DNA of 64,000 nucleotides from a bacterium (GCA_030535455.1 JAUNJY010000013.1:2646-66645), one strand, 5' to 3'. Shown: positions 10,868 to 21,460, numbered from the stretch's first letter. Notes: a model not told the origin generated them from the letters alone. Made by a program: numbers and translations.

Positions 10868-11638
10868 TTAATAACCCATCTCATTTAAAAATGCATCTAG
10901 CTTATGCCGTCTTTCAACATCTGCTTCGTTATACATTCCAAGATCACATTCCCCTTGAATTTGACCATCACGAAGATAGATCACACGATTTCCACGCATT
11001 GCTGAACGTAAATCATGAGTAACCATTACTATGCTCTGTCCTTCCCTATGAAAGTCAGTAAACACATCCAATACTGCCTCTGAATTGCTGGAATTCAATG
11101 CTCCCGTTGGTTCATCTGCAAATAAGACACTTGGCTTATTAATTAATGCACGGACGATACCTGCCCGTTGAGCCTCTCCGCCTGAAACTTGGGTAGCGGT
11201 CTTCTTGTAGGTCACCGGTTCCATGTTTACCTTGGAAAATAACTCTTTTGCATAGTCTGCCACTGCCTTCTTATTCTTTGAAATCAGTAATCCGCTTGCC
11301 ATGGTATTATCAAATAGGCTCATATTGTCCATCATATAGATCTGTTGAAATACAAATCCACAGTTCTTACGTCGAAATACTGCCAGCTGGTCATCAGATT
11401 GTTTGGTAATCTCCTGACCACAGAATAAAATATCTCCCAATGTTGGCTGGTCCATCCCGGATAAGGCATACATTAGAGTACTCTTTCCTGCTCCTGATGC
11501 TCCCATGATAATAGTAAAGTCCCCTCTATATATTTCTACTTCTAAGTTCTTTAATATGTGCTGCTGTACGCCGCCATTGGAAAATGTCTTGCACAGTTGT
11601 CTTGCTCGTAACACAACTTCCTTTTTCGTTCCACTCAT
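10868..11638 (-). CDS. ABC transporter ATP-binding protein (LolD/MacB-like)
   Basis: GASGAGKS, VSGGE, ADEPTGAL, VTHD. Confidence 0.93.
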   Translation of the reverse strand: MSGTKKEVVLRARQLCKTFSNGGVQQHILKNLEVEIYRGDFTIIMGASGAGKSTLMYALSGMDQPTLGDILFCGQEITKQSDDQLAVFRRKNCGFVFQQIYMMDNMSLFDNTMASGLLISKNKKAVADYAKELFSKVNMEPVTYKKTATQVSGGEAQRAGIVRALINKPSVLFADEPTGALNSSNSEAVLDVFTDFHREGQSIVMVTHDLRSAMRGNRVIYLRDGQIQGECDLGMYNEADVERRHKLDAFLNEMGY

Positions 11639-11747
11639 TTATAAATCCTCCTTTTGATATCTCTTGGTTAACATCATTTTCTGTTGTTTCATTGACTTAA
11701 TCATATAAAAAATTGAGGATTTATTCTTTGTCTGGCTCTTGTTTAAA

Positions 11748-11764
11748 CCTTAATTATTCCTTAA
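11748..11764 (-). promoter_or_regulatory. Putative OmpR-family operator for the ABC operon
   Basis: Direct repeat TTAAGG-N5-TTAAGG (11-bp period) upstream of the ABC ATPase, beside the adjacent two-component genes. Confidence 0.5.
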
Positions 11765-11765
11765 C

Positions 11766-12920
11766 TCAGACTAATTTTAACTTTAATCCCACCACAAATC
11801 CCTGCTTGCTTGGGAGAATTTCTAAGTCTCCCTGCATTTTTTGCATAAAGTACTGAGAGATATAGAGGCCAATTCCAGCTCCGCTCTTACCTTCTCCATT
11901 TTTTCCACGGTAGTATTTCTTTACCACTAACAATCGCTCCATATCTGAGACTCCACTCCCATAATCACGAACTTCTATCTGTAAGTAGCCATCTTCCACA
12001 TAAGACTCTACTTCAATTCTTGTATTTGCATATTTATACGAGTTACTGATGATATTATCAAATACCTGCTGCATACGGATCTGATCACAATAGACCAGAC
12101 TGTCCTCAATGGAAATAGCGGATACCAAGCCTCTGTCATCAGCCTCCTTAATCATCTTAACAAGCTGGGTGCTCATACACTCTTCCGTTTCTACCTTAAT
12201 CTCCTTTAGTTCTTCCAGCGTAGAATGCAATAGATTATTTACTAATACCTGAATATGGTCCACCTTATCCGAAATGGCAACCAGCTTTGTTCTTTGTTTT
12301 TCCTCCTTACAGGCGACTGTCAGTAGTTCTGCCATGGCCTTGATGGAGGCAAGCGGAGTCTTAATATCATGGCTTAGGGAGGCAATTAATTCCTTCTTGC
12401 TTTCATTTAGCTTTCTCTCATTCTCTTTTGCTTTTGCCAGCTCTTCTCGCATCAAATCAAAGCTCTCTGTAAACTCGCCAAATGCATTTCCACGGTCCTT
12501 CTTAAGAGGCAGGTCAAGGTTGCCTGCTGCTACATGTCTGGCAAATACCTTAAGTTCATTAAACGGGTGAAGCAAGGTTCGCTCCAGATACAAGACATAC
12601 CCTATGTTTAGCAAAAGCAGTACGGTCATCAGGACAAAGAATGTAATTCCAATTGTTTTCTTTATCATTGAAAGCTTGCTTTTCGTATCGCTATATACAA
12701 CGATGGCCCCATCCTGGTCAAAGACCTTTACACCATACTTGTCCATCTTCTCTTTCACCACGTCCGATGTAATCCCGCTTTCCTTTACAGACTGTACCAC
12801 ATCATTAATGTCAGCCATATCCGGCTCATAGATTTCGTCACTCTTTATTCTTAATAAGAAGAACATGCCAAAGCACACATATAATATAAGAAGTATTTGC
12901 ACTAATTTTTTATTCTTCAT
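11766..12920 (-). CDS. HAMP-domain sensor histidine kinase
   Basis: SHDIKTPL H-box, NIISNSYKY N-box, DYGSG, GAGIGL. Confidence 0.92.
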   Translation of the reverse strand: MKNKKLVQILLILYVCFGMFFLLRIKSDEIYEPDMADINDVVQSVKESGITSDVVKEKMDKYGVKVFDQDGAIVVYSDTKSKLSMIKKTIGITFFVLMTVLLLLNIGYVLYLERTLLHPFNELKVFARHVAAGNLDLPLKKDRGNAFGEFTESFDLMREELAKAKENERKLNESKKELIASLSHDIKTPLASIKAMAELLTVACKEEKQRTKLVAISDKVDHIQVLVNNLLHSTLEELKEIKVETEECMSTQLVKMIKEADDRGLVSAISIEDSLVYCDQIRMQQVFDNIISNSYKYANTRIEVESYVEDGYLQIEVRDYGSGVSDMERLLVVKKYYRGKNGEGKSGAGIGLYISQYFMQKMQGDLEILPSKQGFVVGLKLKLV

Positions 12921-13590
12921 AGCAGTATCCCCTGCCCCAGATTGTCTTAATATGTACCGGATGATTTGGATTTTCCTCTATTCTCTCCCGTAAATGTCTG
13001 ATATGTACGTTTAATGTACTATCGCCAGTAAAGGAATCTGCCCATACTTGTTCAAATAATTCTTCTTTAGAGATAATGCATCCCTTCTTCTGAATAAGAT
13101 AGGTTAACAGCTTATATTCCATTGCCTTTAAAAGCACCTCTTCTCCCCTTACATACACCTTCCCTGTCATATAATTAATAGTAAGATCCTTGCTCTCATA
13201 TTTATCTTCTTCAGATACACTTTGCTTCTTCAGCCTTTGAAGCACTGCCTTTACCTTGGCCAGCAGTATTTGCAAAGAATAAGGCTTATGGATATAGTCA
13301 TCCCCTCCGATGCCAAATGCAATCAATACATCCTCATCTTGATCTCTTGCACTGATAAATAAAATAGGCATATCGTATTCTTGCCGTATCTGTTTACACA
13401 GTTCAAATCCGGAGCTCTTATGTAAATTGATGTCCAATAAAATCAAATCTGTAGTATTGTCCTGTAAGAATTTGATACACTCCTCATAATCTGTCACAAA
13501 TCCAGTCTTTACATCAAATAAGTTAAAGTACTCGCTGGTGCTCTCTGCTAATTCTAGTTCATCATCCACCACTAGACAGTTGTAATGCAT
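12910..13590 (-). CDS. OmpR-family response regulator
   Basis: VVDD, LLDINL, KPY, TIWGRGY; start taken at MHYNCL. Confidence 0.92.
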   Translation of the reverse strand: MHYNCLVVDDELELAESTSEYFNLFDVKTGFVTDYEECIKFLQDNTTDLILLDINLHKSSGFELCKQIRQEYDMPILFISARDQDEDVLIAFGIGGDDYIHKPYSLQILLAKVKAVLQRLKKQSVSEEDKYESKDLTINYMTGKVYVRGEEVLLKAMEYKLLTYLIQKKGCIISKEELFEQVWADSFTGDSTLNVHIRHLRERIEENPNHPVHIKTIWGRGYCYEE

Positions 13591-13794
13591 AATTATCCCC
13601 ACTTCCTGATTGTAATTCTGAATTTGATTTTACTATACAATCCTTACAGATAAAAGTTTTTATGTGAAATGATTGAAATTATTGAGAAACAATGGTATGC
13701 TACGAACGGTAAACATAATTTTTGACAGAAAAAGACATAATATAAGAGGGCCTATTTTATAGACTCTTTTTTGCTAATAAAGAAAGGTAATACT

Positions 13795-15534
13795 ATGATA
13801 AAAGTTGAAAACCTATCCTATTCATTTCCAGAAAAGGATTTATATACTGATATTTCATTTACATTAGAACCAGGAGATCATTGTGCATTTATCGGAACAA
13901 GCGGTACCGGAAAAAGTACGTTAGTCGATATCCTTATGAACCCTGATCGCTATATGTATGATGGAAAGCTTACGATTGAGGAAAACTGCCGTATTGGTTT
14001 TGTAAGCCAATTCTCTCAGTTAGATGACAAAGAAGAAATTACCGTGTTTGAATACCTTGCAGAAGATTTTCTTAAGATGCAGGATGAGATCACTGCAATC
14101 TGCGAAGAAATGGGCACAACTGATGATTTTGATGCCGTAATGGAACGTTACCAGGATGCATTGGATGCATTTAGTGCAGTGGATGGCGATAACTTTGAAA
14201 GCAACATTACAAAGAACCTTAACCTTGCAAACTTAGGAAAGCATAAAGACTTATTAGTTTCCAAGCTTAGCGGTGGGGAATTTAAGTTACTCCAAGTAAT
14301 CCGTGAAATGCTTCATGCACCTGAGCTTATGATTATGGATGAGCCTGACGTATTCTTAGACTTTGAACATCTTAACTCCTTAAAGGTATTAATCAATTCC
14401 CATAAAGGTATGTTGCTGATCATCACTCACAACAGATATTTATTAAACAACTGTTTTAATAAGATTATCCACCTTGAAAACAAAGAGCTTCAAGAATTCA
14501 ACGGAAGATACATCGATTACAACTTTGCATTACTTCAAGGAAAAATCGAGTTACAAGAAATTGTTGCAGAAGAAGAAGAAGAGATTGAACGCCAAAAGAA
14601 GATCATCGATAAATATAGAAACGATGCCACTTATTTCACTTGTGCTTCCAGAGGACGTGCCCTCCATGCAAGAGTATCCTTGTTAGAGCGATTAGAAGCA
14701 AGAAGAATTAAAGCGCCATTTGTTGAAATCAAACAGCCTAAGATTAATTTATCGACTCCAAATGAAATTGAGGAAACCACTGCATTAACAGTAACTGATT
14801 ATAGTGTTGGTTTTGATCATCCATTACTTGAGAATGTAAGTTTTGAAATTCAATCCAACGATAAGGTTGCCATCATCGGACCAAATGGTACTGGCAAGAC
14901 AACATTGCTTCGTGAAATCTATAAAAATGAAAATCCTGCAATCAAGCTTCATGAAGATGTTAAAGTAGCTTTCCTTTCCCAGCTACAAAGCGATATGTTA
15001 AATGAGGAAAATACGGTTCAGGATGAATTCTTTGAAGCTGGTTTCAAGACATACGATGAAATCAAAGCGCACATTGGAGAGTATGGATTTAGCGATGAAG
15101 TGATGACTCAAAAAATCAGCGACTTATCCGGTGGTGAAAAGAACATTCTTCAATTAGCAAAAGTTTCTGCAAGTGGTGCCAATATGCTGCTCCTTGACGA
15201 ACCTACAAGCCATTTGGACACATATTCCCAATTAGCTTTGGAGGACGCAATTGCAAATTATAATGGAGCCGTGCTTATGGTTTCCCATGATTTCTACTCC
15301 ATCGTAAACTGTGTGGATTACGTATTAATCATTGAAGATAAAAACATCCGCAAGATGAGCATGCGTAAGTTCCGTCAAATGATCTATGCAAAACATTTTG
15401 ACAAAGACTATTTAGATATCGAGCAAAAGAAAAAAGAAGTAGAAACCAAAATTGCCCGTGCATTACAAGACAAAAACTTCGAGCTTGCAAGAAAGTTGTC
15501 CGAAAAGCTAGAAGAATTCAATAAATTACTCTAA
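13795..15534 (+). CDS. ABC-F family ATP-binding protein
   Basis: Two NBDs (GTSGTGKS/LSGGE/DEPD and GPNGTGKT/LSGGE/DEPT), no TM; AGAAAGGT RBS before ATG 13795. Confidence 0.9.
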   Translation: MIKVENLSYSFPEKDLYTDISFTLEPGDHCAFIGTSGTGKSTLVDILMNPDRYMYDGKLTIEENCRIGFVSQFSQLDDKEEITVFEYLAEDFLKMQDEITAICEEMGTTDDFDAVMERYQDALDAFSAVDGDNFESNITKNLNLANLGKHKDLLVSKLSGGEFKLLQVIREMLHAPELMIMDEPDVFLDFEHLNSLKVLINSHKGMLLIITHNRYLLNNCFNKIIHLENKELQEFNGRYIDYNFALLQGKIELQEIVAEEEEEIERQKKIIDKYRNDATYFTCASRGRALHARVSLLERLEARRIKAPFVEIKQPKINLSTPNEIEETTALTVTDYSVGFDHPLLENVSFEIQSNDKVAIIGPNGTGKTTLLREIYKNENPAIKLHEDVKVAFLSQLQSDMLNEENTVQDEFFEAGFKTYDEIKAHIGEYGFSDEVMTQKISDLSGGEKNILQLAKVSASGANMLLLDEPTSHLDTYSQLALEDAIANYNGAVLMVSHDFYSIVNCVDYVLIIEDKNIRKMSMRKFRQMIYAKHFDKDYLDIEQKKKEVETKIARALQDKNFELARKLSEKLEEFNKLL

Positions 15535-15538
15535 AACA

Positions 15539-15569
15539 AAAAGCCCCAGTTCAATGAACTAGGGCTTTT
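15539..15569. terminator. Bidirectional terminator between convergent genes
   Basis: AAAAGCCC-CAGTTCA/TGAACTA-GGGCTTTT. Confidence 0.75.
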
Positions 15570-15585
15570 CTCTATTGTTTATCTC

Positions 15586-16677
15586 TTAGTTATTTTCTAA
15601 GAAAGTAAATACTCTGTCTAAGTAGATGCTTAATACGACGTCTTTTTCTGCATACATTTCATGTTTTGCATCTTCAAAACGAATGATTGTACAGTTCTTT
15701 GCATATTTTGCAAATGTTTTTTGTCCGCCATCTTCAACTAATGTATCTTGACCAGCTTGGAATAAAAGAACTGGAATTTTTACTTTAGATGCTTCTAAAA
15801 TAGATGTTGCTTTTGCTGCTGCATAGTAAGCTTCGCTTAACCATTGATAAGAATTTCCACCCATTTGTAATTCTGGATTTGCAATTCTTGTTTCCCATGC
15901 TCTTGTATAACGAACTTCTGAACGAGTATGAGCTCCATCGAAGTTATAAGTTGCATTAAATGGACCTGCTCCAGGGATATATTTATTTTCATATGGTGTA
16001 ATAGAAAGACCATGTGCTAATAATTTTGCAAAGAAAGGAGGAATAGATCCTGAATTAATTTCTAACATTGGTGCAGAAAGGATTGCTGCATCAAATACAT
16101 TTGTGTATTTTTCTAAGAATCTTGCTCCAATACCGCCACCCATAGAGTGTGCAAACAAGTATAAGTTATCACTTCCTGCTTGAGGAATAACTACTTGGTC
16201 TACAAATTTCTTTAAATCTTTACAGTAATTATCAAAAGAGTCTACGCTTACTTGTGTTTCATCAATTCCTAAACGTCCGGAACGAGAATGTCCACGGTGT
16301 TCCATTCCATATACAGAATATCCCATGTTTAAGAAGTAGTAAATCATCTCATCGTATTTTTCAAGGTTTTCACCTTTACCATGACTAATTACTACTGTAC
16401 CTTTTGCATTTTCTTTTGCATAAGTTTCATAGTATAAGGAAACTTTTTTCTCTCCTGTGAGATAACCCGTTTTCTTATATGCTTCAATATAAGGCTCTAC
16501 TACAGAATCCATTGTTTCTGCATAGCTATTTTCAGATATGTAAATATCCTGAATGGTGGTTGCCTTCGCTGCAAATGCTTGGCTAGGTAGTGCTGTTACA
16601 AGTGTTACTGCTGCAAGCGTTGCCGCTGCAAATTTCTTAAGTACTTTTTGGCTATTGCCTAAAAATGTCTTTTTCAT
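15586..16677 (-). CDS. Secreted alpha/beta hydrolase, lysophospholipase L2 (PldB)-like
   Basis: Signal peptide ending SQAFA; HG, EHRGHSRS, AHSMGG nucleophile, D and H (AKHE). Confidence 0.8.
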   Translation of the reverse strand: MKKTFLGNSQKVLKKFAAATLAAVTLVTALPSQAFAAKATTIQDIYISENSYAETMDSVVEPYIEAYKKTGYLTGEKKVSLYYETYAKENAKGTVVISHGKGENLEKYDEMIYYFLNMGYSVYGMEHRGHSRSGRLGIDETQVSVDSFDNYCKDLKKFVDQVVIPQAGSDNLYLFAHSMGGGIGARFLEKYTNVFDAAILSAPMLEINSGSIPPFFAKLLAHGLSITPYENKYIPGAGPFNATYNFDGAHTRSEVRYTRAWETRIANPELQMGGNSYQWLSEAYYAAAKATSILEASKVKIPVLLFQAGQDTLVEDGGQKTFAKYAKNCTIIRFEDAKHEMYAEKDVVLSIYLDRVFTFLENN

Positions 16678-16821
16678 CTTATGTTCTCTCTTTCCCTTTT
16701 TTTGTAGCATGGAATATTATACACTATTTAGTAGAAAAATGGAAGAGTAATTCAAGATATTTTGTATTTTTTGTTTTTCTTTGGAATAAAGTGCTTTTTA
16801 TATCCATTTTTTATAGGATAA

Positions 16822-16892
16822 CGTGTGTGTTCCACTTGGCTTTCTGCTTTTTAGAAGGACTTGCACGAATGAGCACTAATCATTTTCTTCGG
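16822..16892. repeat. Hybrid fragment of a modular intergenic palindromic repeat family
   Basis: 16849-16884 matches 44867-44902 at 35/36; 16835-16856 matches 54859-54880 at 21/22. Confidence 0.75.
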
Positions 16893-16921
16893 CAAAAAAA
16901 GAGAGCCTAAGCTCTCTTTTT

Positions 16922-19429
16922 CTAATTCGCTAGCTTTTTCGTCTCGCTAACGACTTTTTCCATTAACTCTTCTGGTGTCATGTTTTCTGGTGAGATTGGC
17001 TCTCCATATACGACTTCCAATGTATATCTGCGACATTTTTTTATATTAAATAACGTTGGCATACTTTGTCCTGGTGGGAAGATTTCATGACCACCTTTGA
17101 TATAGGCTGGAATAATTGGCACGCCGCTTTCAATTGCTAAGACTGCTGCACCTTTCTTATACTCTCCCATAATTCCATCCTTGCTTCTTGTTCCTTCTGG
17201 ATGAATTAAGATCCCCCAGTCTTCCTTCAATTTACCTTCTACTGCCTTCATTGCTACAGAAGCATTACCTGAACGGTCAACTGGAATCATTCCTGCTGTA
17301 TGGACAAGTAGGCGATGAACCCATTTATCCTTAAACAGCTCTTGCTTTGCCATACATCCGAACTTGTAAAACTCCTTTTTCTTAAACTTCTGAGTTAAGA
17401 TTAAATAATCAAAATTGGTTACATGATTAGAACATAATATATATCCTTGCTCTTTTGGTATTACATGATAATTATGAATCTTTACCTTATACACAAATCC
17501 AACTAAAAAGCGATGGAATGCAAATACTCCATAATGTAACCCTTTCTTCTCTAACGGATAACGCTTAGGATCTATTTGCTGTTGTTGAGTCACATTGCCG
17601 CTTTCCACTAAGGTAATCAATTCTGCCACTGTCATCTCTTTTGTCAGATGACCTGTCACATTGACTCCTGCATACTCTTCTATTTCCAATGCCAGCTCAA
17701 TCGAACTTAAGGAATCGATAGTAAGCTCCTCAAATAGACGGGTTTCTTTGGTTACTTCCTGCTCATTTACTTGTGCAACCTTGGCAATGGCTCTGATTAG
17801 AAATTCTTCCAATGTAAGCTGTTCTTTCTTTGCTTCCTCCACTTCCTTCTTAACCTTATGGCTGATTGCTTTCTTAAGCAAATAACGTTTTGGCTTTTGA
17901 AGGGATGTCTTAGGAATTTCAGGTACAAAATGAATTTCTCTTAATTTCATATTTTGGCTTAAGGTTCTTCCACGTTCTCTGATTCTTTCGCGAATTGTTG
18001 CCTCTTCGTCCTGATCTGCAACTACAAATGCATGCACATGGTCATGACCACCTTCTTCATCTGCAATTCCGCAAATGACTAACTCTTTTACTCCAAGAAT
18101 TCCATCATATGCAGTTTCAATATCATCAGGCGCAATCTTCTTACCTGTGGCAAGTACAATATTATCCTTGCATCTTCCATTAATATGGACATCTCCATTT
18201 TCATCAATGGATCCAAGATCTCCTGTCTTAAACCAGCCATCTACTGTAAATGCATTCTTAGTTGCCTGCGCATCATCAAAATATCCAAGCATCATATATG
18301 GAGACTTGATTAGGATCTCACCGCTGTCATCCAACTTTATTGCTACTTCCGGATAAGGCTTTCCGCAACTGTCTACTGTAATATGATCTCCATAATTTCC
18401 GATTGTAGGAATACTAGTCTCTGTTGCGCCATAAGTGATTAACATGTTAAATCCAACGCCATAATAAAACTCGGCTGTCTTTACATCCATTGGTGCACCT
18501 GCTGAAGCCATAATTTTCATCTTTCCACCAAATCCTTTATGAATGGAACCAAAGACTCTCTTTCCTAGATTGATGCCAGATGTCTTTCTCTTCTTTAAGC
18601 AGATTGGGAAGAATGTATCAAACATCTTCTTTGTTGCTTTGCTTGCCTCGATCTTTTTCATAATGTTTGTCTTTAACAGCTCAAATACTTTTGGTACAGC
18701 TGGAAATACCGTTGGCTTATATCCTTGTAATGCACCTAATAAGCAAGCGGCATCTAAACTTTCGATAAAGCATACGCTTCCGCCTAAGATTAATGGTGCA
18801 ATGACTTGGGTGTAGAGTCCATAAATATGGCTGTTTGGCAAGATTCCAAAGAAGCGGTCACTTCCATCTACTCCATTATTATTTACACACATTAAAGAGG
18901 AACCGATAATTCCATCATGGCCATGCATAATGCCGGATGCAAGCTTTGTCGTACCGGAAGAAAAGATAATCGTTGCTATTTTCTCATCCCCTGGCAGTTC
19001 ATTTTCCACACAGCGCTTCTGGTTTACTCTGCCGCCTCCATTGGATACGTTAAGGATTGGTGTATCCTCATTTTCAATCACCTTATCTAACTGAGTTACC
19101 GATGCATAAATTGCACTTACTTTAGACTTCTTCAGTAATACATTTAATTCTTCTTTTGGAAGTGATGCATCTAATAACACTGCCGTTGACTTGTTTTTTA
19201 AAATTGCCAAATATGCATATACCCACTCCGGTGTACTTTCCGCAACAATGGCTACGCGGCTTCCTGCTTCTAAGCCAATTTGATGAAGAACCGTGGAAAA
19301 CGACGATACCTGCTGCATCATGTTTTCATAAGTGACTTCTACGTTATTTCCCTTTGTCTGCCATAATACCATTGCAGTCTTTTTCATGTGTTTGAAACTT
19401 ACTTTTTCTATCTCGTTATATATATTCAT
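16922..19429 (-). CDS. Fusion of long-chain acyl-CoA/ACP ligase, acyl carrier domain and PlsC-type acyltransferase
   Basis: IIFSSGTT, YGATE, FKTGDLG (adenylation); IDSLSSIEL (Ppant Ser); NHVTNFD and HPEGTRS (PlsC). Confidence 0.88.
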   Translation of the reverse strand: MNIYNEIEKVSFKHMKKTAMVLWQTKGNNVEVTYENMMQQVSSFSTVLHQIGLEAGSRVAIVAESTPEWVYAYLAILKNKSTAVLLDASLPKEELNVLLKKSKVSAIYASVTQLDKVIENEDTPILNVSNGGGRVNQKRCVENELPGDEKIATIIFSSGTTKLASGIMHGHDGIIGSSLMCVNNNGVDGSDRFFGILPNSHIYGLYTQVIAPLILGGSVCFIESLDAACLLGALQGYKPTVFPAVPKVFELLKTNIMKKIEASKATKKMFDTFFPICLKKRKTSGINLGKRVFGSIHKGFGGKMKIMASAGAPMDVKTAEFYYGVGFNMLITYGATETSIPTIGNYGDHITVDSCGKPYPEVAIKLDDSGEILIKSPYMMLGYFDDAQATKNAFTVDGWFKTGDLGSIDENGDVHINGRCKDNIVLATGKKIAPDDIETAYDGILGVKELVICGIADEEGGHDHVHAFVVADQDEEATIRERIRERGRTLSQNMKLREIHFVPEIPKTSLQKPKRYLLKKAISHKVKKEVEEAKKEQLTLEEFLIRAIAKVAQVNEQEVTKETRLFEELTIDSLSSIELALEIEEYAGVNVTGHLTKEMTVAELITLVESGNVTQQQQIDPKRYPLEKKGLHYGVFAFHRFLVGFVYKVKIHNYHVIPKEQGYILCSNHVTNFDYLILTQKFKKKEFYKFGCMAKQELFKDKWVHRLLVHTAGMIPVDRSGNASVAMKAVEGKLKEDWGILIHPEGTRSKDGIMGEYKKGAAVLAIESGVPIIPAYIKGGHEIFPPGQSMPTLFNIKKCRRYTLEVVYGEPISPENMTPEELMEKVVSETKKLAN

Positions 19430-19551
19430 GTAATGTCTCCCTTAAGGTAAGCCTCACGTTTATTATTTGTCTATCTATGACTCATTATAGATACTATGGT
19501 ATATGCTGTCAATTTACAATATACGGTAGGATTTCCTGTCGTATTTATATA

Positions 19552-20394
19552 CTATTCAAATGAACACTTCTGCTTTGTATCGTATCCCTTTGTGCGAAAT
19601 GATGAGGATAAAAACTCATAGCTTACAGGACTTATTTTTACCACATTCATATCGATAGGAAGCTTGGATAACGTCTCCTCCTGAATTCCCTTTCTATGAA
19701 ATGCCTCTATGTATTCTTTACTGTTTGCCTCCACTAACTTAGCCGTGCCCATAATCTGAAGACCGTTTAATTCTGCCATGGTAGTATAAGGCTCAAACAC
19801 CACTACTGATACATTAGGATTTTGAAGGATGCCAACAAACTTGTTTCCTCCTTCTGTTATTATGTAAAGTGCGCCATTTATATACTCATATTCAATGGGC
19901 GTACAACGGACAAACGAACCTGCTCCAGTTGCCAGTCCACATGTATTATGCTTCTTTAGAAATGCCTCTACTTCTTCTAGCAGCTCATCCTTTGGCATTG
20001 CTTTTTCTGGCTGGTTGATCTGTTCAGCTAGCTTTGCTGCAATCTGTGGCACATTTTCCTGTGCTTCAATAAAAATGACTTTTATATGTGCCTCCTTATT
20101 AATCTCTCTAAGCAGCGGTTGGAAGTCCTCCTGCTGCTCCTTCTTTTTTTCTCCTGTAAGTACAAGTATAAGATTACTTAAACGACTATGAAGTGATACG
20201 TTATTTTTTATCTTTTCTATGGAAGTCCTTGCGTTATGATATGTAGTGATTACAATCATATTCTTATAATTAGAAAAACTATCTGCCTCTTCATTAATTG
20301 GCATCTTCTTCGTGTTGATTACTATGCTTCCAATCACTTTACCTATGCTTTCTGACTCTTCTTCTTTTTCGTAAAAGATTAATGTGTTGCTCAT
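19552..20394 (-). CDS. Pyridoxamine 5'-phosphate oxidase-like flavin-binding protein with degenerate flavodoxin-like N-terminus
   Basis: NTCGLAT...VRCTPIEY...EGGNKF...NPNVS split-barrel pattern. Confidence 0.7.
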   Translation of the reverse strand: MSNTLIFYEKEEESESIGKVIGSIVINTKKMPINEEADSFSNYKNMIVITTYHNARTSIEKIKNNVSLHSRLSNLILVLTGEKKKEQQEDFQPLLREINKEAHIKVIFIEAQENVPQIAAKLAEQINQPEKAMPKDELLEEVEAFLKKHNTCGLATGAGSFVRCTPIEYEYINGALYIITEGGNKFVGILQNPNVSVVVFEPYTTMAELNGLQIMGTAKLVEANSKEYIEAFHRKGIQEETLSKLPIDMNVVKISPVSYEFLSSSFRTKGYDTKQKCSFE

Positions 20395-20593
20395 TTTTCC
20401 ACTCCCTTATTATTGTCATTGTAAAACTTTTACAACGTAATAATAATCTTATTGCCTGCAAGAGTCAAACTCTCTTAACTGAGAAAAGATATACTTTTGT
20501 CCATCTCGTTCTATATTGACTTAGATTTTTCATCATGCTAGCATTAAATCAAATAAAATTTCTCTAATTACTAGAAAGGTCTACTATAGTATT

Positions 20594-21415
20594 ATGAAAA
20601 AAAACACCAAAGAAAAGTTACTAAAATACACCGCGATCATTTCCGGGAGTCTTTTTGTAATCATTGTATTCTACCTTATAATCTCTAACATGAAAACTGC
20701 ATCTAATGGTTCACAGCAAGTAGCACAGGTAGAAACTACTTCTCCTGAACAAGGAACTACTTTCCCTATGGAGACGGAGGCTTTAACATACAGCTCAGAT
20801 GCTCCTTCTGCCTCTCCAGTTGTTGAAGAAGAGACTTTCTCTCCAAATACAGACGAACCTGTTCAAACAGCCTCTCCTTCTGCAACAACCGCAACTTCTG
20901 CCGTAGCTAATACAGAAACTGCCAAGACTGCTGCACCTGTTCAGACAACTACCAACACAGCGGCAGCTTCTACAAAGGCCCCTGCTGTGGTTTCTACAAA
21001 AGCTCCTGTAAGTGTATCTACCAAAGTCCCTACAGCAGCTGCTACAAAAACTCCGGCTATTTCCACTAAGGCTCCTTCGGTTGCTGCTTCAAAAACTCCG
21101 ACGGTTACTGCTACTGTAGCTCCGACAAAAGCTCCAACTGCTGCTCCTGCCTATAAGGATGGTTCCTATACTGGTTCCGGTACTGGTCGAAATGGTACCA
21201 TTACAGTATCTGTAAGAATTCGAGACGGAAAGATTTATAAGATTACAGTTGATGATCATGAAGAGACTGTTGCTATCTTTAATCTAGCAACTCCAATCCT
21301 TGATAAGATCATTAGCAGCCAAAGCACCAATGTTGATGCAATAAGTGGAGCAACGTACTCCTCCAACGGATTAAAAGAAGCCGTACAAAATGCACTCAGT
21401 AAAGCTAAAAATTAA
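20594..21415 (+). CDS. Membrane-anchored FMN-binding (flavinylation-target) protein with T/A/P-rich stalk
   Basis: N-terminal TM; STKAP/ATKTP repeats; YKDGSYTGSGTG...VDAISGATYSS FMN_bind domain. Confidence 0.85.
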   Translation: MKKNTKEKLLKYTAIISGSLFVIIVFYLIISNMKTASNGSQQVAQVETTSPEQGTTFPMETEALTYSSDAPSASPVVEEETFSPNTDEPVQTASPSATTATSAVANTETAKTAAPVQTTTNTAAASTKAPAVVSTKAPVSVSTKVPTAAATKTPAISTKAPSVAASKTPTVTATVAPTKAPTAAPAYKDGSYTGSGTGRNGTITVSVRIRDGKIYKITVDDHEETVAIFNLATPILDKIISSQSTNVDAISGATYSSNGLKEAVQNALSKAKN

Positions 21416-21460
21416 GTAATAAGAAAGCTAAAAGGAACGTTTTACGACTTTATAGATAAA

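Noticed and set aside
20900-21150. Tandem DNA repeat or VNTR in the FMN-binding gene
   Set aside because: The repeats are at protein level (xTKxP) with diverged codons, so this is a linker and not a slippage locus.
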